Source of the DNA: Octopus vulgaris
Taxonomy: Eukaryota
Length of the DNA: 64,000 nucleotides
Direction of reading: 5' to 3'
Assembly: GCA_951406725.2 (NCBI GenBank)
Contig: OX597827.1
Span: 68,324,001-68,388,000, forward strand
In this document: in pieces, positions 25,151 to 40,215 of the stretch
Numbering within the stretch: the stretch's first letter is position 1
How the letters are laid out: every line of letters begins with the position of its first letter
The notes under the pieces: generated by a model
What the model was told of the DNA's origin: nothing
The model's input: the letters and a program-made list of their open reading frames with translations, nothing else
The model's database searches: none
Position numbers and translations under genes: made by a program

Positions 25151-25667
25151 AGAATAATAATAATAATAATAACAATAATAATATGTATGAAACAAACGCA
25201 AAAGCGTAAATTGCGACAATAGCGATGACAATAGCTAGATTAAAAAACAGGGGGGGGGGAAGAAATAACAATGAGAGGGGGTAGGGTAAAAACAAAATTC
25301 TGTAAGTTAGATTCCGTGGTGAATGTCATCTCAGTTAGTTTTGCATGTCAGGGGGTAAAATTTACGAGAAGTCGGTGGGGGTCTCAATGACTCCCACATT
25401 CTCAATAGACCTTCGTTTTTCAGTGTTTGTGTGTTTATTTTTATTTTGGAAGACTTCGATTAAATGTAATTGCACATCAGCGATATAAATATATATATAT
25501 ATATATATACACATACATGTGTATATATTTAAATATATATATATATATTTAAATATATATATATATATATATATATATTAAATATATATATATATATATA
25601 TACACATACATGCACGTACATACAGCAAATGATTGTAAAAGATGTGTTATATATACATGTATGTATG

Positions 25668-25712
<45 letters not shown>

Positions 25713-25804
25713 GCGGAGAGAGAATGAGAGAGTTACATATATTATTACATTAGTCTTATAGACGTATGTAACACATACAAATGCAAAACTACCATATATA
25801 TGTA

Positions 25805-25840
<36 letters not shown>

Positions 25841-25939
25841 TGTATGGTAGTTTTATTTTTATATATACGTAAGTATATACGTACCTATGTACACACAAAC
25901 ATATATACACTATATATACATATATGATATTTGTGAGTG

Positions 25940-26090
25940 GGTGTGTGGTAAGTAACTTGCTTACGAACCATATCTTCCCGGGTTCAGTCCCACTGCATGG
26001 CACCTTGGGCAAGTGTCTTCTACTATAGCCTCGGGCCGACCAAAGCCTTGTGAGTGGATTTGGTTGACGGAAACTGAAAGAAGCCCGTCG

Positions 26091-26159
<69 letters not shown>

Positions 26160-26372
26160 TTGTGTGTCTGTGTTTGTCCCCACAAACATCGCTTGACAAC
26201 CGATAGTGGTGTGTTTACGTCCCCGTAACTTAGCGGTTCGGCAAAAGAGACCGATAGAATAAATAAGTACTAGGCTTACAAAGAATAAGTCGTGGGGTCG
26301 ATTTGCTCGACTAAAGGTGGTGCTCCAGCATGGCTACAATCAAATGACTGAAACAAGTAAAAGAGTAAAAGG
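25940..26372 (+). mobile_element. SINE family B
   Basis: Homologous copy with a gtaaaaga repeat tail. Confidence 0.88.
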
Positions 26373-26373
26373 G

Positions 26374-26408
<35 letters not shown>

Positions 26409-27916
26409 GTTACACTTGCAGTCACTAACAAAACATTGTTATTTCTTGTAAGATTTATTTTCGCTGTGTGATTACATCAACACATCACTTTCAGCTACTA
26501 CTGCCAGTCATTGCTAGATTTTCTCGAACTGGACCAGTTTTATTCATTTCCCCCTGACTAACATTTCGTATCTGGGGCAGGGGCTTTTAAATTTATTAGT
26601 ATACATTGTATATGGGACTACGAAAATGCTGTTTTTTCCCTGAGAATGTCTGTGTTGTGATCTGGGAGGATGTCGTTTGTATACTACATACAGGTGTTGG
26701 TTATAATATCGTGAATTGATGTTAACATACGATTCTGTAGTGTATTTATATACCCAGTGCTGTGTATATGGTACACTGTGCGTGTGTGTGTGTGCGTATA
26801 CAAATATACATTTTTCTACATTATTTCTACGAACGTCTCTTCACCTTTCTCTTGCCACCTTCAACATTTTCACACGTTTATTTATAGACTTTAGCGTTTT
26901 CGGTATTTATTTAAGGAGAACTCGGTGTAGGTGTACGTACTTACGTACATACATACATACGTACATACATGCGTACAGACAGACAGACAAGAGTGTCCGT
27001 GTGTGTTTAAATTATTTTATATCAAATATTCACATCGCGTCGTATTCTTTGATAATTGCGCTGTGTTGGATGGTTCTCATGGAAAGCTTTTATAACTATT
27101 GTTTCAGTTTAAGGCAATTTATACTTCCTATTGTGTTCTTTTGTGATATAACCTCAAGCGATATACTATTTAAAGATATTTGCTTCTTAAACTCTGCTGG
27201 TTTACTTATTGAATCCTGTTACTTTACAACAAATTATGTTCGTCTCGAGCACAAAAGAAATACCGGTGTGAGAACTGAAAAACGACAGTTTGAAGAAGAA
27301 AAAAAAAGTGTTTTTCTTTTGTATGCGTGTGTGTGGGTGTTCGCATGTGTGTGGCTGTGGAGGTGTGTTTTAAAAGGAAAAAAATCATACACAAAAAGAA
27401 AAAAAAAAGCAACACATTCCGCCATATTGCTTTACAGTGGGCTCAGCATCCGTTATGCTGATTTGACATGTTCTGAGGCTTTCTCATTAAAACGTAAAAA
27501 CCGTTGTCTTTCAGATTACATATACTGTTGACATGGGTATTTTCTTTTTGATTCTGACTTAACATTCCAAAGTGAAAGTTAATCTCTGCTTTCTAAGTCA
27601 ACTACGTGAATTGATATGTCAGATAACAACACATGATAACACAGTCGTTTGCTTTTGATTCACCTGATATTTCATCTTTCGTTGATCACTTAATTACAAG
27701 TCGGGTTTAGTATATACCTACGAAGTGAGTAAGTAGTAGGCTTGTGGTTATCACACAATAAGCTACCGAAGCCTTATAACAATTTAAAATTCGCAGCTAA
27801 AATGAAATAACATCTTAATTACATCCCTTAAACATGTAGCTCTTATCTTATATGAAGGAAAAATATATAAATAAAAAATAAAAACTCCGATAAAATGATA
27901 AGCTAACCTTTTGCAA

Positions 27917-28147
27917 GGCGACGAGCTGGCAGAAAAGTTAGCACGCCAGGCGAAATGCGTAGCCGTATTTCGTCTACCGTTACGTTCTGAGTTCAAATTC
28001 CACCGAGGTCGACTTTGCCTTTCATCCTTTCGGGGTCGATAAATTAAGTACCACCTACGCACTGGAGTCGATGTAATCGACTTAATACATTTGTCTCTCC
28101 TTGTTTGTCCCCTCTATGTTTAGCCCTTTGTGGGTAGTAAAGAAACA
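27917..28147 (+). mobile_element. SINE family A
   Basis: Full copy. TSD gataagctaaccttttg. Confidence 0.9.
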
Positions 28148-28237
28148 GATAAGCTAACCTTTTGTAAGAAACTACATTCATACAAACAGTTATATTTATA
28201 TCAAAGGGGATCCTGAATGACATTTTGATAGAACTGG

Positions 28238-28463
28238 TTCCCAAAGCATCAAGTGCCGAAAATGAACTTGATCTCCCATTTTAAAGGGTTACAGAATTAA
28301 CACAGGTTATAGGAACATAAACCTTCTTCCACGAAAAGATAGCTTAAACTGTGCTCTAAATGGAGGTGTAGTCAAATCCTATTTTATGAACTCAACCATG
28401 TTCTAAAATAAGTCGAAGCGTAAGCTTCTATAAATCGGCACGAATTTTCTGGACAACCAAATA
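28238..28463 (-). mobile_element. 5' end of the same mariner family
   Basis: TIR aaatcggcacgaattttctggacaaccaaata. ATG at 28279 gives MGDQVHFRHLMLWE, matching the mariner N-terminal HFRH motif. Confidence 0.75.
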
Positions 28464-29167
28464 TTTTGACCAGTTTCTGTGGGATATTTTATTGAAAAAG
28501 AATGTAATACCCGATGCTAGTGATTCATTACCAGCCCTGGACAGATAAGCAGTGACGTTGACTCCGGACGAATCCGAACTTAGTTTTGGAAGGGAAAAAC
28601 TATATGATGTTATCTTAATTACAGTTGTCTAATTATTCAGTCAACCATACCTTGTGAAATATATTAATTATAAGCTTTGAAATATAAAGTTTTCTCAGCT
28701 TTGCCGAGGAATTTAATTTTTCTTAGTATAATCTTTGCTTAAGATTTGACAGTTTTCCTCTGATATTATCTAAGAGCTTATGTGTACACAAAAATTTGAT
28801 CACTATAAACAAATCATCTCTGTGGTTGTTCGATAAGAAATTATCGAACCCTCATGCGTCTTCTAACGACGAGAGAGTCCATTATATATAGTGTACTGTT
28901 CCATCAAGTTAAGATCAATAAAAGAGAGATGCTTAATGAACACAGTGTATATTTTCATAAGCTGCTAATAGTTTCATGTCATGAAAACGACACAGACAAC
29001 ATTTTACACCACGTCTGGTGCATTCATGCAATCTTCAGGCAGTATATGCCATATGAGTACAACCTGAAGATTTCATGAAGGCAGCAAACTATTAGTAGCT
29101 TATAAAAATATATAGGCTGTTCATTAAACTATATATAAAGTTATATATATGTATATATATATATATA

Positions 29168-29372
29168 TCCTTTCTACTATAGGCACATGGCCTGGATTTT
29201 GTGGGAAGAGGGCAGTCGATCACATCGATGCCAGTACTCAACTGGTACTTAATTTATCGATCCTGAAATGATGAAGGGCAAATTTGACCTCGGTAGAATT
29301 AGAACTCAGAACATAGCGACGGGCGCTAAGCATTTTGCCCGGCGTGCTAACGATTCTGCCAGCTCACCGCCT
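29168..29372 (-). mobile_element. SINE family A variant
   Basis: Family A head and core with the alternative tail. Confidence 0.8.
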
Positions 29373-29389
29373 TTATATTTACACACACA

Positions 29390-29442
<53 letters not shown>

Positions 29443-29482
29443 GCGCGCGCACACAGTGAGAGAGACAGACAGACAGACAGAC

Positions 29483-29548
<66 letters not shown>

Positions 29549-30803
29549 CGACATTTCATTTAACAAAATTTGGTTCTACCGTGAATTTTGCTTGAAAATT
29601 CTAAATACTGTCCTTACATTAGCTGGGAAACGGTAAATTAATCCCAAATGTCATTGTCAGGAATTTCTCCAAATTATTCCATATTCTACACTTTCGCTTT
29701 ATTTGCCGACGAAGTAGTGGAGCAAAATTATAGTGTGGTTGTAAAATGTTTACCAGTAGATTGTTTTTGAAAAATGCTGGACAATGGTTTAGGTATTTCT
29801 TTCCTGATGCTTTAGGTATTTCTTTCCTGACCACGTTTGGGAAAATTTTCTTTTTATTTTATTCACATGAGAGTAAGTACCAGGCTACTGTCTTGAACTA
29901 TATGTCGGTTCCCGAGATTTTGAATAACAGTCTTTGTGTTAAAAACCGTACTTAGCTACCCCCGAAAACATAACAATTCATCAACAACCATTTCCTACTG
30001 ATAATACTTCACAATTATTCCGTCTAAATGTTTTCTACAATTACTCTGAATACCTCTCCATTACGTCAGCTCATTTTATTCCGAAAGACTCCATTTTGAA
30101 TATAATTCACTGAGTGATGTCCTTTATTTCTAACACATTTACATACAGTCAGGGCGAAAATTAGACATTCAAAACGAAACCTAACCTTCCTCTCTTTCAC
30201 ATTAGCATTGCAGACTCAAAATATTTGTTCTCTCTTTTCAGTCTGATAAGAAAAGTAAAGAGAGAAAAAAAAAAAAGAAGAAAAAGACTTTTCTGCGTTA
30301 TCGTCGTCTCCAACACATTTCAGTTTTTTTGTTTTTCTTTCTCTCCCTGCTTTTTAGATCATTCATTTAGTACACTAAAACAACTGCGAAATATCAACTA
30401 CGAATATACTCGAATAGAATGAGAATCAGGACTTTCAACGAAAATTGATTTTGAAAGTCTTATTCACTGAAATTTTCGGCGAAATGAAATTCAAACTTTT
30501 CTGACACGAAAAAATGTTTGATCTCTTCTCAGAAATATTTAATGATAGCCTAGTATAAACCATATTGCGTTTCTAGATAAGGCACCATTACATGACATTC
30601 TGTGTCATTCGTGGAGGACTGTTGGTGGCTTTTAAAATATCATTTTCTCCAGAAATAAATATTAGTGTTAGCTGTCGAGGAGTGGATTTTTTGTGTGTGT
30701 ATGTCAGAATAAAATAATTGAATTTCACAACATATATGTGTGTATGTATATGTATATATGTATATGTATGCGTATATATTTATATGTATGTATGTTTAAG
30801 GGT

Positions 30804-31030
30804 GTGGAGGCGCGTGGTTTAGTGGTTAGGATGTCAGCATCATGATCGTAAGATTGTGGTTTCGATTCCTGGACCGGGCGACGCGTTGTGTTCTTGAGTA
30901 AAACACTTCATTTCTCGTTACTCCAGTCCGGTCAGCTGGCAAAAATGAGTAAACCAGCTGGAGAACACATACGCCATTGAAACCGGGAAACCGGGCCCAT
31001 GAGCCTGGCTAGGCTTTAAAAGGGAGCATT
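30804..31030 (+). mobile_element. tRNA-SINE family D
   Basis: gtggaggcgcgtggtttagtggttagg..ggtttcgattcc head. Confidence 0.85.
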
Positions 31031-31629
31031 TACTTATTTTTATGTGTAAGGGTATGTATGTACGTACGGCATATAACATATTGTCAGAATAGATTTGGAC
31101 CACATAATGCACAACTGATTTTGCTAGTTGTTCTGTAAGAATACCAATTTTTTTTTTCTATAAAGTTGAAGAAGTTCAAGGACTTAGCTGAAAGAAGACA
31201 TGGCTGATGTTACACTAAATAAATCGCACGACTACGTAGAGGTTCTCTTTGCTTTTCTTGCTGTGAGTCAGTGTTATAGGTTTATACAAACACTTATAAC
31301 ATAAGTGATGATTAATGTATGTTACCTTATCATAATCTAATTCTATGCTTCATACGTCCTGGCTTTCAAAATACATTAGTGTACTTATCATTTCACATGT
31401 CCTTGCTCTCGCGTAAATGTTTTTTTTTTCCCGGTTTCTGTACGCGCTTAAAATTACGTCATTCGTGCTTATTAGAATAATACAAACATTTAACACATCG
31501 CCTCGAATTCTCAGTACATCTGACGTTTCCTGCTCGAAGTAGAAGATTTGAATTACTTGCAGTATGCATTTGAATATTCTGCTATATGTCATGGCACCGT
31601 CTTCTATAAAAAAAATTATACAAAGAAAA

Positions 31630-31860
31630 GGCGGCGAGCTGGCAGAAACGTTAGCACGCCGGGCAAAATACGTAGCCGTATTTCATCTGCCGTTACGTTC
31701 TGAGTTCAAATTCCGCCGAGGTCGACTTTGCCTTTCATCCTTTCGGGGTCGATTAATTAAATGCCAGTTACGCACTGGGGTCGATGTAATCGACTTAATC
31801 CGTTTGCCTGTCCTTGTTTGTTCTGTCTGTGTTTAACCCCTTGTGGGTAGTAAAGAAAAA
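31630..31860 (+). mobile_element. SINE family A
   Basis: Full copy. TSD aaaaaattatacaaagaaa. Confidence 0.9.
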
Positions 31861-32362
31861 AAATTATACAAAGAAATAATAATGCAATAATTTCACTTTA
31901 AAATGAAACTTAGAAGCTGTTATTTTTAAAGCAATAAAATATGTCTACCTATTTATTAAGGAAATGTTCCCTAAAGGTTTTAGTATTAACAGAAACATTA
32001 CATAATTATTTTACTTAACGAAAATTGTTTGTTCAGTATAATCTGTAAAATATTAGGTTAAGACTAATGTATAACGATCTGAGAACGGTAATTACTCAGA
32101 TAAGTATGAAATAGGTGAATAAAATTGGTCAGTGTTCTACATGTATTATATCATTGTTATGGTCTGAATAGTATGGGACCAAAGACCATGCACAGCATCA
32201 AAGTATTTTCTCAGGCACTAATCCTTCTCGTTTGCATTTAAAGTTTTATAGATCCGGTCTGGAAGTCAGTTCAACAATTGAAGGACTTCGTAATAAACAC
32301 CCACAATTTTAGTGCAAAACAGGTAGCATTAAAAAGATCAAGCGAAATGCATACAAGTGTGT

Positions 32363-32410
<48 letters not shown>

Positions 32411-32582
32411 AAAAGAAAACAAGCGGAAACACAACAAAAAGTGAAGTACGATGGGCATGGTGTTAGTTTAATACTTGATGAGTTTAATATGCGTCTTCTT
32501 AACGTTTCGGACGTTATTCCATCGTTAAAGGAAATAGCGAAACTAGGAGAGAGAAACAGTGCGTGCTATGAAGAATGATCAG

Positions 32583-32659
<77 letters not shown>

Positions 32660-33246
32660 TAGATAGATAGATAGATAGATAACCCATTATATACAAGGTT
32701 TACATTATTGCTTTCCCTGCGTTGAATTTCACTGTTCCAAAAATGAATTATTTTATATTCTCTCGGAGTTTCTAAATCACCTCCCCCCCACACACACACA
32801 CACATACACACACAGATACATCACAGAAAATAAAGTAAACCTCGAACGCAGAATAGCAGTCAATGCAGCTTTGTAAAACAGTGGACAGCAAGCTGCTACG
32901 GGGAATCGAAACTTGTACCTCTCAAATCATATGAATGGGCATTCTTGCATATATGTATGGGTGTTATTACATTTAGTAAATGATGGTAACGCAGATTATT
33001 TACATTATTTACATTTGACGCATATGTAAATAATGTACATAATTCCTCATCTCTTAAATATAGAACTATATGGTAAGGCATGTCTTGCTACATCTACAAA
33101 CAAATGCACATCACATATACTTCGTGACGTATATTTACCATTTCGTATGAATCAATCAGAGGCATTTATACACATGCACAATATGTATGTTTATACTATG
33201 TCTTTGGGTGTATGTGTGTGTGAACGTGATATTATCTGTTTATACG

Positions 33247-33324
<78 letters not shown>

Positions 33325-33326
<2 letters not shown>

Positions 33327-33732
33327 GTGTGGTAAGTAGCCTGTTTACCAACCACATGGTTCCGGGTTCAATCCCACTGCGTGGCACCTTGGGCAAGTGT
33401 CTTCTACTATAGCCTCGGGCCGACCAAAGCCTTGTGAGTGAATTTGGTAGACGGAAACTCGTCGTATATATGTATATATATATATATATGCGTGTGTGTG
33501 TTTGTGTGTCTGTGTTTCTCCCCCTAGCATTGCTTGACAACCGATGCTGGTGTGTTTATGTCCCCGTTACGTAGCGGTTTGGCAAAAGAGATCGATAGAA
33601 TAAGTACTGGGCTTACAAAAGAATAAGTCGACGGGATCGAGTTGCTCGATTAAAAGGCGGTGCTCCAGCATGGCCACAGTCAGTCAAATGACTGAAACAA
33701 GTAAAAGAGTAAAGAGAGTAAGAGTAAGAGTA
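33325..33732 (+). mobile_element. SINE family B
   Basis: Homologous copy. Confidence 0.88.
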
Positions 33733-34269
33733 TATACTCACACTCAAGTGCTGAGTGTAAATCGAGTAACGTTCTTTGACGACGTGTGAGTGAATTGCTG
33801 AATGTTACCTGTCCTCGTGATTATACAATCATTGTCGATTCTCAACACGGTTAATTGTTTTAGCTTAAAATGGCCCACATGACATTAATTAGCATTCCAT
33901 TGAGTTAAATGAACTGGGATATTGCTATACTTATAGATTGCTTCTTTTCTGCTTTTATGAAACGGCGAGGAAGAAATTATGAATGTGATTGTATGAATGT
34001 GAAAGAGAGAGAAAAGAGCTACGGAATGAACGGCGCAGCAATAAGTTTGTTTGAATTAATTCCAAATTTGTCCTAATGCAATAACGGCCTCAACAATGAA
34101 GAGAAAAGAACAATAAACTTGATTTGCATACCGCATTAGATGAAAGAATATTAAATTAGATTTCAAACTCTTACAAATACACTACTCGTTCACACAAACA
34201 CTCACACATACACACACACATATATACATATATAAAGACACATGCATATGTCCACACACTCACACGGAC

Positions 34270-34323
<54 letters not shown>

Positions 34324-35057
34324 TGTAGAACCATGCAGTACGAATGCACTATTGTAATTTGCTGTTCGAACCGAGTAATTTGTAGTACGAGTAATTTGCT
34401 GTACGAATCGAGGCTTGTGCGAATTATTGTCTTTAAGTACGAGTGGAAACTCGCAGTACGAGCGAGTTTCATACAAACGACCGCTAGTCGGCGCTGAGCT
34501 CGCACACGCTCTCCCCACAAGCGCAGTCTCCGCTCGCTCAGTTCACGTGTTTATCCTCGCCGTGACAGCATCCCTATTATGTTTTTCCCAATGATATTGT
34601 TTAATTTTGTGCATTTTTTGCTATTATTGTATAATAATTAGTTGTGTTAGCTGTGAAATGGCCGAGTATTCCACATACATTCACATCATTAATGTAAGTC
34701 TCAAGTATAAACCCTTTAACATGGCTATGACAAGACTATGACAACTCTGTGGTTTAATACGCGTCACTGATTGAATTTTATTGATGCCCATCGAGAACAA
34801 TTTCCCTATAGCCGTCATCATTAACTTGTTTCAGTCATTGGACTGCGGCCATGCTTAGGCACCACCTTGAAGGGTTTTGTCGCACAAAATCTAGCGCAAT
34901 ATTTATCTTAAAGCATAGCACTTGTTCTTTCGGTTTCTTTTGCCGAGCCATTGAGATACGTACGCGTAAGCAAACGAACATCGGTTGTCAAGCGGTGCAG
35001 GGGGCCAAACATATACACATATACATATTTACGTACATACATACATACATACATACA

Positions 35058-35245
35058 TGTTGGCTTTGGAGCAAGAGAGAGGAGTTAAGCTGGAAGCCAG
35101 GAGGAGACGAGGAGCAGTGACTTGGCCACCCCTGCTGACCCACCAACGGAAGGGTGTTACGGTTAGGGGTTGAAACACTCAGTGAACGTTGGATACTTTT
35201 TGATGACATCAGTTCCTCCTGGCCAATGCTCCACCTCTTTATAGG
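35058..35245 (+). mobile_element. HERO-like (RLE) non-LTR retrotransposon 3' fragment in (TACA)n
   Basis: CWLWSKREELSWKPGGDEEQ* (WLWxKR....W terminus) plus a 3'UTR containing gaaacactcagtga. Bounded by TACA/TA repeats. Confidence 0.6.
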
Positions 35246-35293
35246 TGTTTTATATATACATACATGCATACATATATATATGTGTGTGTGTGT

Positions 35294-35567
35294 GGAGGCG
35301 CAATGGCCCAGTGGTTAGGGCAGCGGACTCGCAGTCGTAGGATCGCAGTTTCGATTCCCAGAACAGGCGTTGTGTGTGTTTATTGAGCGAAAACAGCTTT
35401 TGCTCCATGAGGCTCCGGCAGAGGGTGGTGATCCCTGCTGTACTCTTTCACCACACTTTCTTCTGTTGGCCTGCTCGTTTAGCCAGTGGAGTGGCGTCGT
35501 TCGAACGCATTGTGACCAGCGATCGTAGCAACATCTGATGGTCTGGTCGGTCACGTGATCACGTGAT
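35294..35567 (+). mobile_element. SINE with family C head and a different tail
   Basis: Head matches 60048. Tail ends (tcacgtga)n, with a related reverse fragment at 15253-15360. Confidence 0.82.
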
Positions 35568-36294
35568 ATATATATATACATATATATATATATACATGCA
35601 TATTTAACGGGTTTCTTTCAGTTTCAGTCTACCAAGGCTTTATTCGACTAAGGTCTACACTGGAAGACAATCGCCCGAGGTGCCACGCAGCGGAGCTGAA
35701 CACGACATAACGTGCTTGGGAAGCAAGCTTCTTACCACACTACTGCGCATCAAGTGAATTGATATTATTAAAGTCGAGTTATTATGAAACTAGGTTTCGT
35801 TCCCAACATCATTATTACGTTGCGAGTTTATTATGCTGTATCTTGAGCAAGTGCACGAAGCAACTACAAGCAAATACTAAATGCAACAGAATATATATAT
35901 CCTAAGCAGACTCACCTGCTATTGAAATGATAACGAACGTGGATAATCCAATAAGACGTCGAATTAATTGCTCTCGCAATTGTATACCTAATTTTGACAC
36001 ATAAAAACGAACATTACACTGATTGCGAATGAGTGACTATACTGCAATAGTAACTAACAGTGATTTGGAGATAATATATTTAAGTAATGAGCCAAACAGC
36101 CGTTATGTTGTTGTTTGTTGTGTATGGCTATCATTTCAACGGAAAACACAGATATCAAAAGCACGCATGATGTGCTCCAGTTACTTAACCTGCTGCGTCG
36201 CAGCTAGTATTAATCTCAAAAGAGAATTTTTTTCTTTTTATAATAACGTCTGAGAATTTAAGTTTATATAGTAAGTCTGTTGTTTATCACGGAA

Positions 36295-36428
36295 TATACA
36301 CACACACACATATACACACAACACACACACACACATACATACACACGCATATATATATATATACTTGCATACACGCACTTATATACATGCCTATAACTGT
36401 ACATATTTTGTGATGAAAAACATATATG

Positions 36429-36491
<63 letters not shown>

Positions 36492-36840
36492 TACTGTGTT
36501 TGTATGTATATATTTATGTGTGTGTGTGCGCGCGCATGCGGTTGTATGTGTTTGTGTGTATATATATATATATAGATATAGATATATATAGATATATACA
36601 TACACACACACACAAATATAAGGGCCTGTGGATGTTTGTGAATATGTGTATGTTTATGCATATATATATATATATATATATATAGGTATATGCATATATA
36701 AACATACGTACGCAATTATAAACGTGCGCGCGTAACTAAAAAATTAGATGCAACTATTTTATATATATATATATACACACATATATATGTATGTATATTT
36801 ATAGGTATATGTATGTATAAATGTAGGTATATACATATAT

Positions 36841-36871
<31 letters not shown>

Positions 36872-37217
36872 CATACATACACATATGCATGTATGTATGT
36901 ATATGTATGTATGTTTGTTGCTGCCCTAGCTCTCATAAAAATAGACTATTGTTGTTGTAATGATGGTGTGGCAGCGGCGGCAGTGGTTGATGTGGTGGTT
37001 GTAGGTTGTTGTGCAGGCTGCAGTGTTTCCATTGGCTGTGTCTGCCCGTACAATGGCCAGTCTGTGGTGGTGCGATAGGTGATATCTATGTCTGTTGACA
37101 GTAATAATACAATTAGGATTGTTTGTACAAAACGAAACACTGGTGTGTGCGCACATGTATGTGTAATGCGTTTGTGGTGAGTGTGTGCATGTGTGTGCGG
37201 CAGTGCGCGTGTGTGTA

Positions 37218-37281
<64 letters not shown>

Positions 37282-37365
37282 CGTGTGTGTGAATATTCGA
37301 TTCGCTATCTTGATACGGATACTAGTGGAATTGTACATATAATGTGCGTATGATTGTTTTTGTGC

Positions 37366-37408
<43 letters not shown>

Positions 37409-37440
37409 CATATATACATACATATGCACACACACGCGTG
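36295..37440. repeat. Dense compound (CA)/(TG)/(TA) microsatellite region
   Basis: Direct inspection. Confidence 0.9.
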
Positions 37441-37464
37441 CACACTTTCTCAAATGCACATCTT

Positions 37465-37715
37465 TTATTTTTTTACTTGTTTCAGTCATTTCACTGCAGC
37501 GATGCTGCAACATCTCCTTAAACGGTTTTAGTCGACGAAATCGACCCCAGGACTTATTCTTTGTAAACTTTTGTAAACTTATTCTGTTGGAGTTTCTTTT
37601 GATGAACCACTAAGTTACTGGGACATAAATTACACTCTAGCATCGGTTGTCAAGCGATGGCGGTAGGAGGAAACACAGATACAAACACACATAAATACAT
37701 ACATATATATATCTG

Positions 37716-37755
<40 letters not shown>

Positions 37756-38134
37756 TATGTGTGTGTGTATATGTTGTTGTGGCTGTGTTTGTCCCCACCA
37801 GCATCGCTCGACAACCGATGCTTTGTGTGTGTACGTCCCCATCACTTAGCGGTTCGGCAAGAGATATCGATAGAATAAGTACTAGGCTTACAAAGAATAA
37901 GTCCTGGAGTCGATTTGCTCCGGTCGATGGCCGCAGTCCAATGACTGAAACAAATGAAAGAATATATAGAAAAAGAAATACGAAGGGCTTCATTTTGTTT
38001 CCGTTTACCAATTCTACTCACAAGGCTCTTGTCGGCCCGAAGGTATATGAGAAGACACTTGCCCAAGGTTCCCCAAGTGAACCCAGAATCAGGCGGCTGA
38101 GAAGCAAGCTTTTTGCCCCACATCCACGCCTGTG

Positions 38135-38138
<4 letters not shown>
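37465..38138. mobile_element. SINE family B (minus) with an opposite-strand B tail nested (37785-37960)
   Basis: Both orientations of the B tail are present around a (TA)n array. Confidence 0.78.
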
Positions 38139-38178
<40 letters not shown>

Positions 38179-39159
38179 ATGATATGATATGATATGATAT
38201 GATAAAACATCCTCCATTGCAACAGAAAATAATCAACTTCTGACACCGAAATATATCGAGAAGGAAACTTTAATCAAAATGGGAGCCACGGCTCCCCCTC
38301 ACACATACACGCACATACACCCGCACAAATATAAACGCACGTACACGCGTATCTAAACATCCGTATGTATACTCACCATAATTGTGCGCATAAAATTTAC
38401 GTCGCACGTCTGTGTGAGCGTGCATCATAATGGGGTGATCTGGCAGGAAAGTCTAAAAAGAAAAAATAAGGCGATGATACGCACACAGAACTGTGACACC
38501 GTTGGTGACGTAGGCGGCGACATCGGGGTCATTATTTAAACTATATCTCTCTTTTGTAGTTGTTTGTTATTTCTATACTTGTTCCCGTTGTTTGAGTTAT
38601 TATTTATATATTTATTACTCAATCTTTATCTTTTATGGAGAAATTATTATTTTTTTTCTCTTTCCTATTCTTTTCGGTTAATTTTTATTTTATTTTCGCT
38701 ACTCCCAGGCCCATTCATTTTGAAGCAAGGTGTGGGACTCTTTTTTATTGTTATAGCTTTCTTTTGTCACCAAAGACACCCACACACACACGCAAACACA
38801 CGCACATATACTCACACACAGATACTTATAGATATCGAAGGAGACGTGGGAGTACCCAATGTTGTTCACGATAAATACTTAATTGTTTAATTTACTACGC
38901 GATAGTGAGGAAGTAAACAAAAGCTTAACGGTGTTGGATAGCGGCAGCGAATCATAAGAGGAGATACTTTCAAGCAGTCAAATCCGTTCTGAAAGTTTTG
39001 ACATTCTAGAAGAAATAAAGAGAATCTAACTTCCGTTTCAGGTACATGTTCCAGCCTCAATATTCGTTATCAGCACAATGCTTTCTTCCTCGCCTCCGGA
39101 TCCAATCTTGACATTTCCCATATACAAAAACATATGTGGATATGGTTTCCCAAAATTAG

Positions 39160-39370
39160 TTTCAAATTTTGGCACAAGGCCAGCAATTTGAAGAGAGGAG
39201 GTAAGTCGATCATATCGGCGCCAGTACTCAACTGGTACTCATTTTATCGACTGCGGAAGGATGAAAGGGAAAGTAGACCCCAGTGGCGTTTGAACTCAGA
39301 ACGTGTAGACAGGCGAAATGCCTCTAAGAATTTTTCCACCTTTCTAACGATTCTGCCAGCGCACCGCCTT
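39160..39370 (-). mobile_element. SINE family A variant (older)
   Basis: Diverged match to the family A head and core. Confidence 0.75.
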
Positions 39371-39734
39371 ATTCTTACCCGTTATTAATTTGCATAATTA
39401 GAACAAAAGAACTGAGAGAAAATTAATTCAAAGAAACCATTGACATTATTTTGCTTAATAAAATTGAGTACTGACTATAAAAGGTCCCTAAATTTTAATG
39501 CTTTTCCGAAAGAGTCGATATATATAATCGCCATCAAGCGTACAGTTACGAAGGTCTAATGATAAAAAAAAAAAATTCTGGCTTTGACGTGTTCGCGTAG
39601 ATTTACCAAAATTGTTTTAAACAAGTTGTTTGAAAGATGTGTGTGTGTGCTTGCGTTTACATATAAAGTGGAGCGTCGCTGCAGAAAAGTACTTTCGCAA
39701 CAATAAGAGTAATTTTACATTCTTTTATATCTAA

Positions 39735-40110
39735 TTGCAGTCATTAAAGTGCAGCCATGCTGGGGCATCGCCTCCAAGAATTTTTAAGCTATCGAATCGA
39801 CCCCAGTACTTATGTTTGTTTTTTGTTTTTTTTTGTTAAGCCGGGTACTTACTCTATCGGTCTCTTTGCTGAACCGCTACGTTACGGGGTGTCAACCAAC
39901 CCATACCGGTAGTCAAGTGATGACGGGGACAAACACAGACACACATACATACATACATATATATATATATATAACGGTCTTCTTTCAGTTTCCGTCTGCA
40001 AAATTCACTCACAAGACTATATAGAAGTCACTTGCTCAAGGTTCCACGCATTGGGACTGAACCCGGAAACATGTGGTTGAGAAGCAAACAATCCTACCTC
40101 ACAACCACAA
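39735..40110 (-). mobile_element. SINE family B (older)
   Basis: Diverged homologous copy. Confidence 0.78.
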
Positions 40111-40215
40111 AAATTTATTTCATTAACAAAAAAAATTATGTTTACCATTTCTAAATGAAGTTTCACACAAATACACATATTATGTATATACACATATGTG
40201 TGTGTGTATATATAT

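Noticed and set aside
26716-27531. 271 aa ORF
   Set aside because: Non-ATG start, patched with microsatellites and A-runs, and no domain signature.
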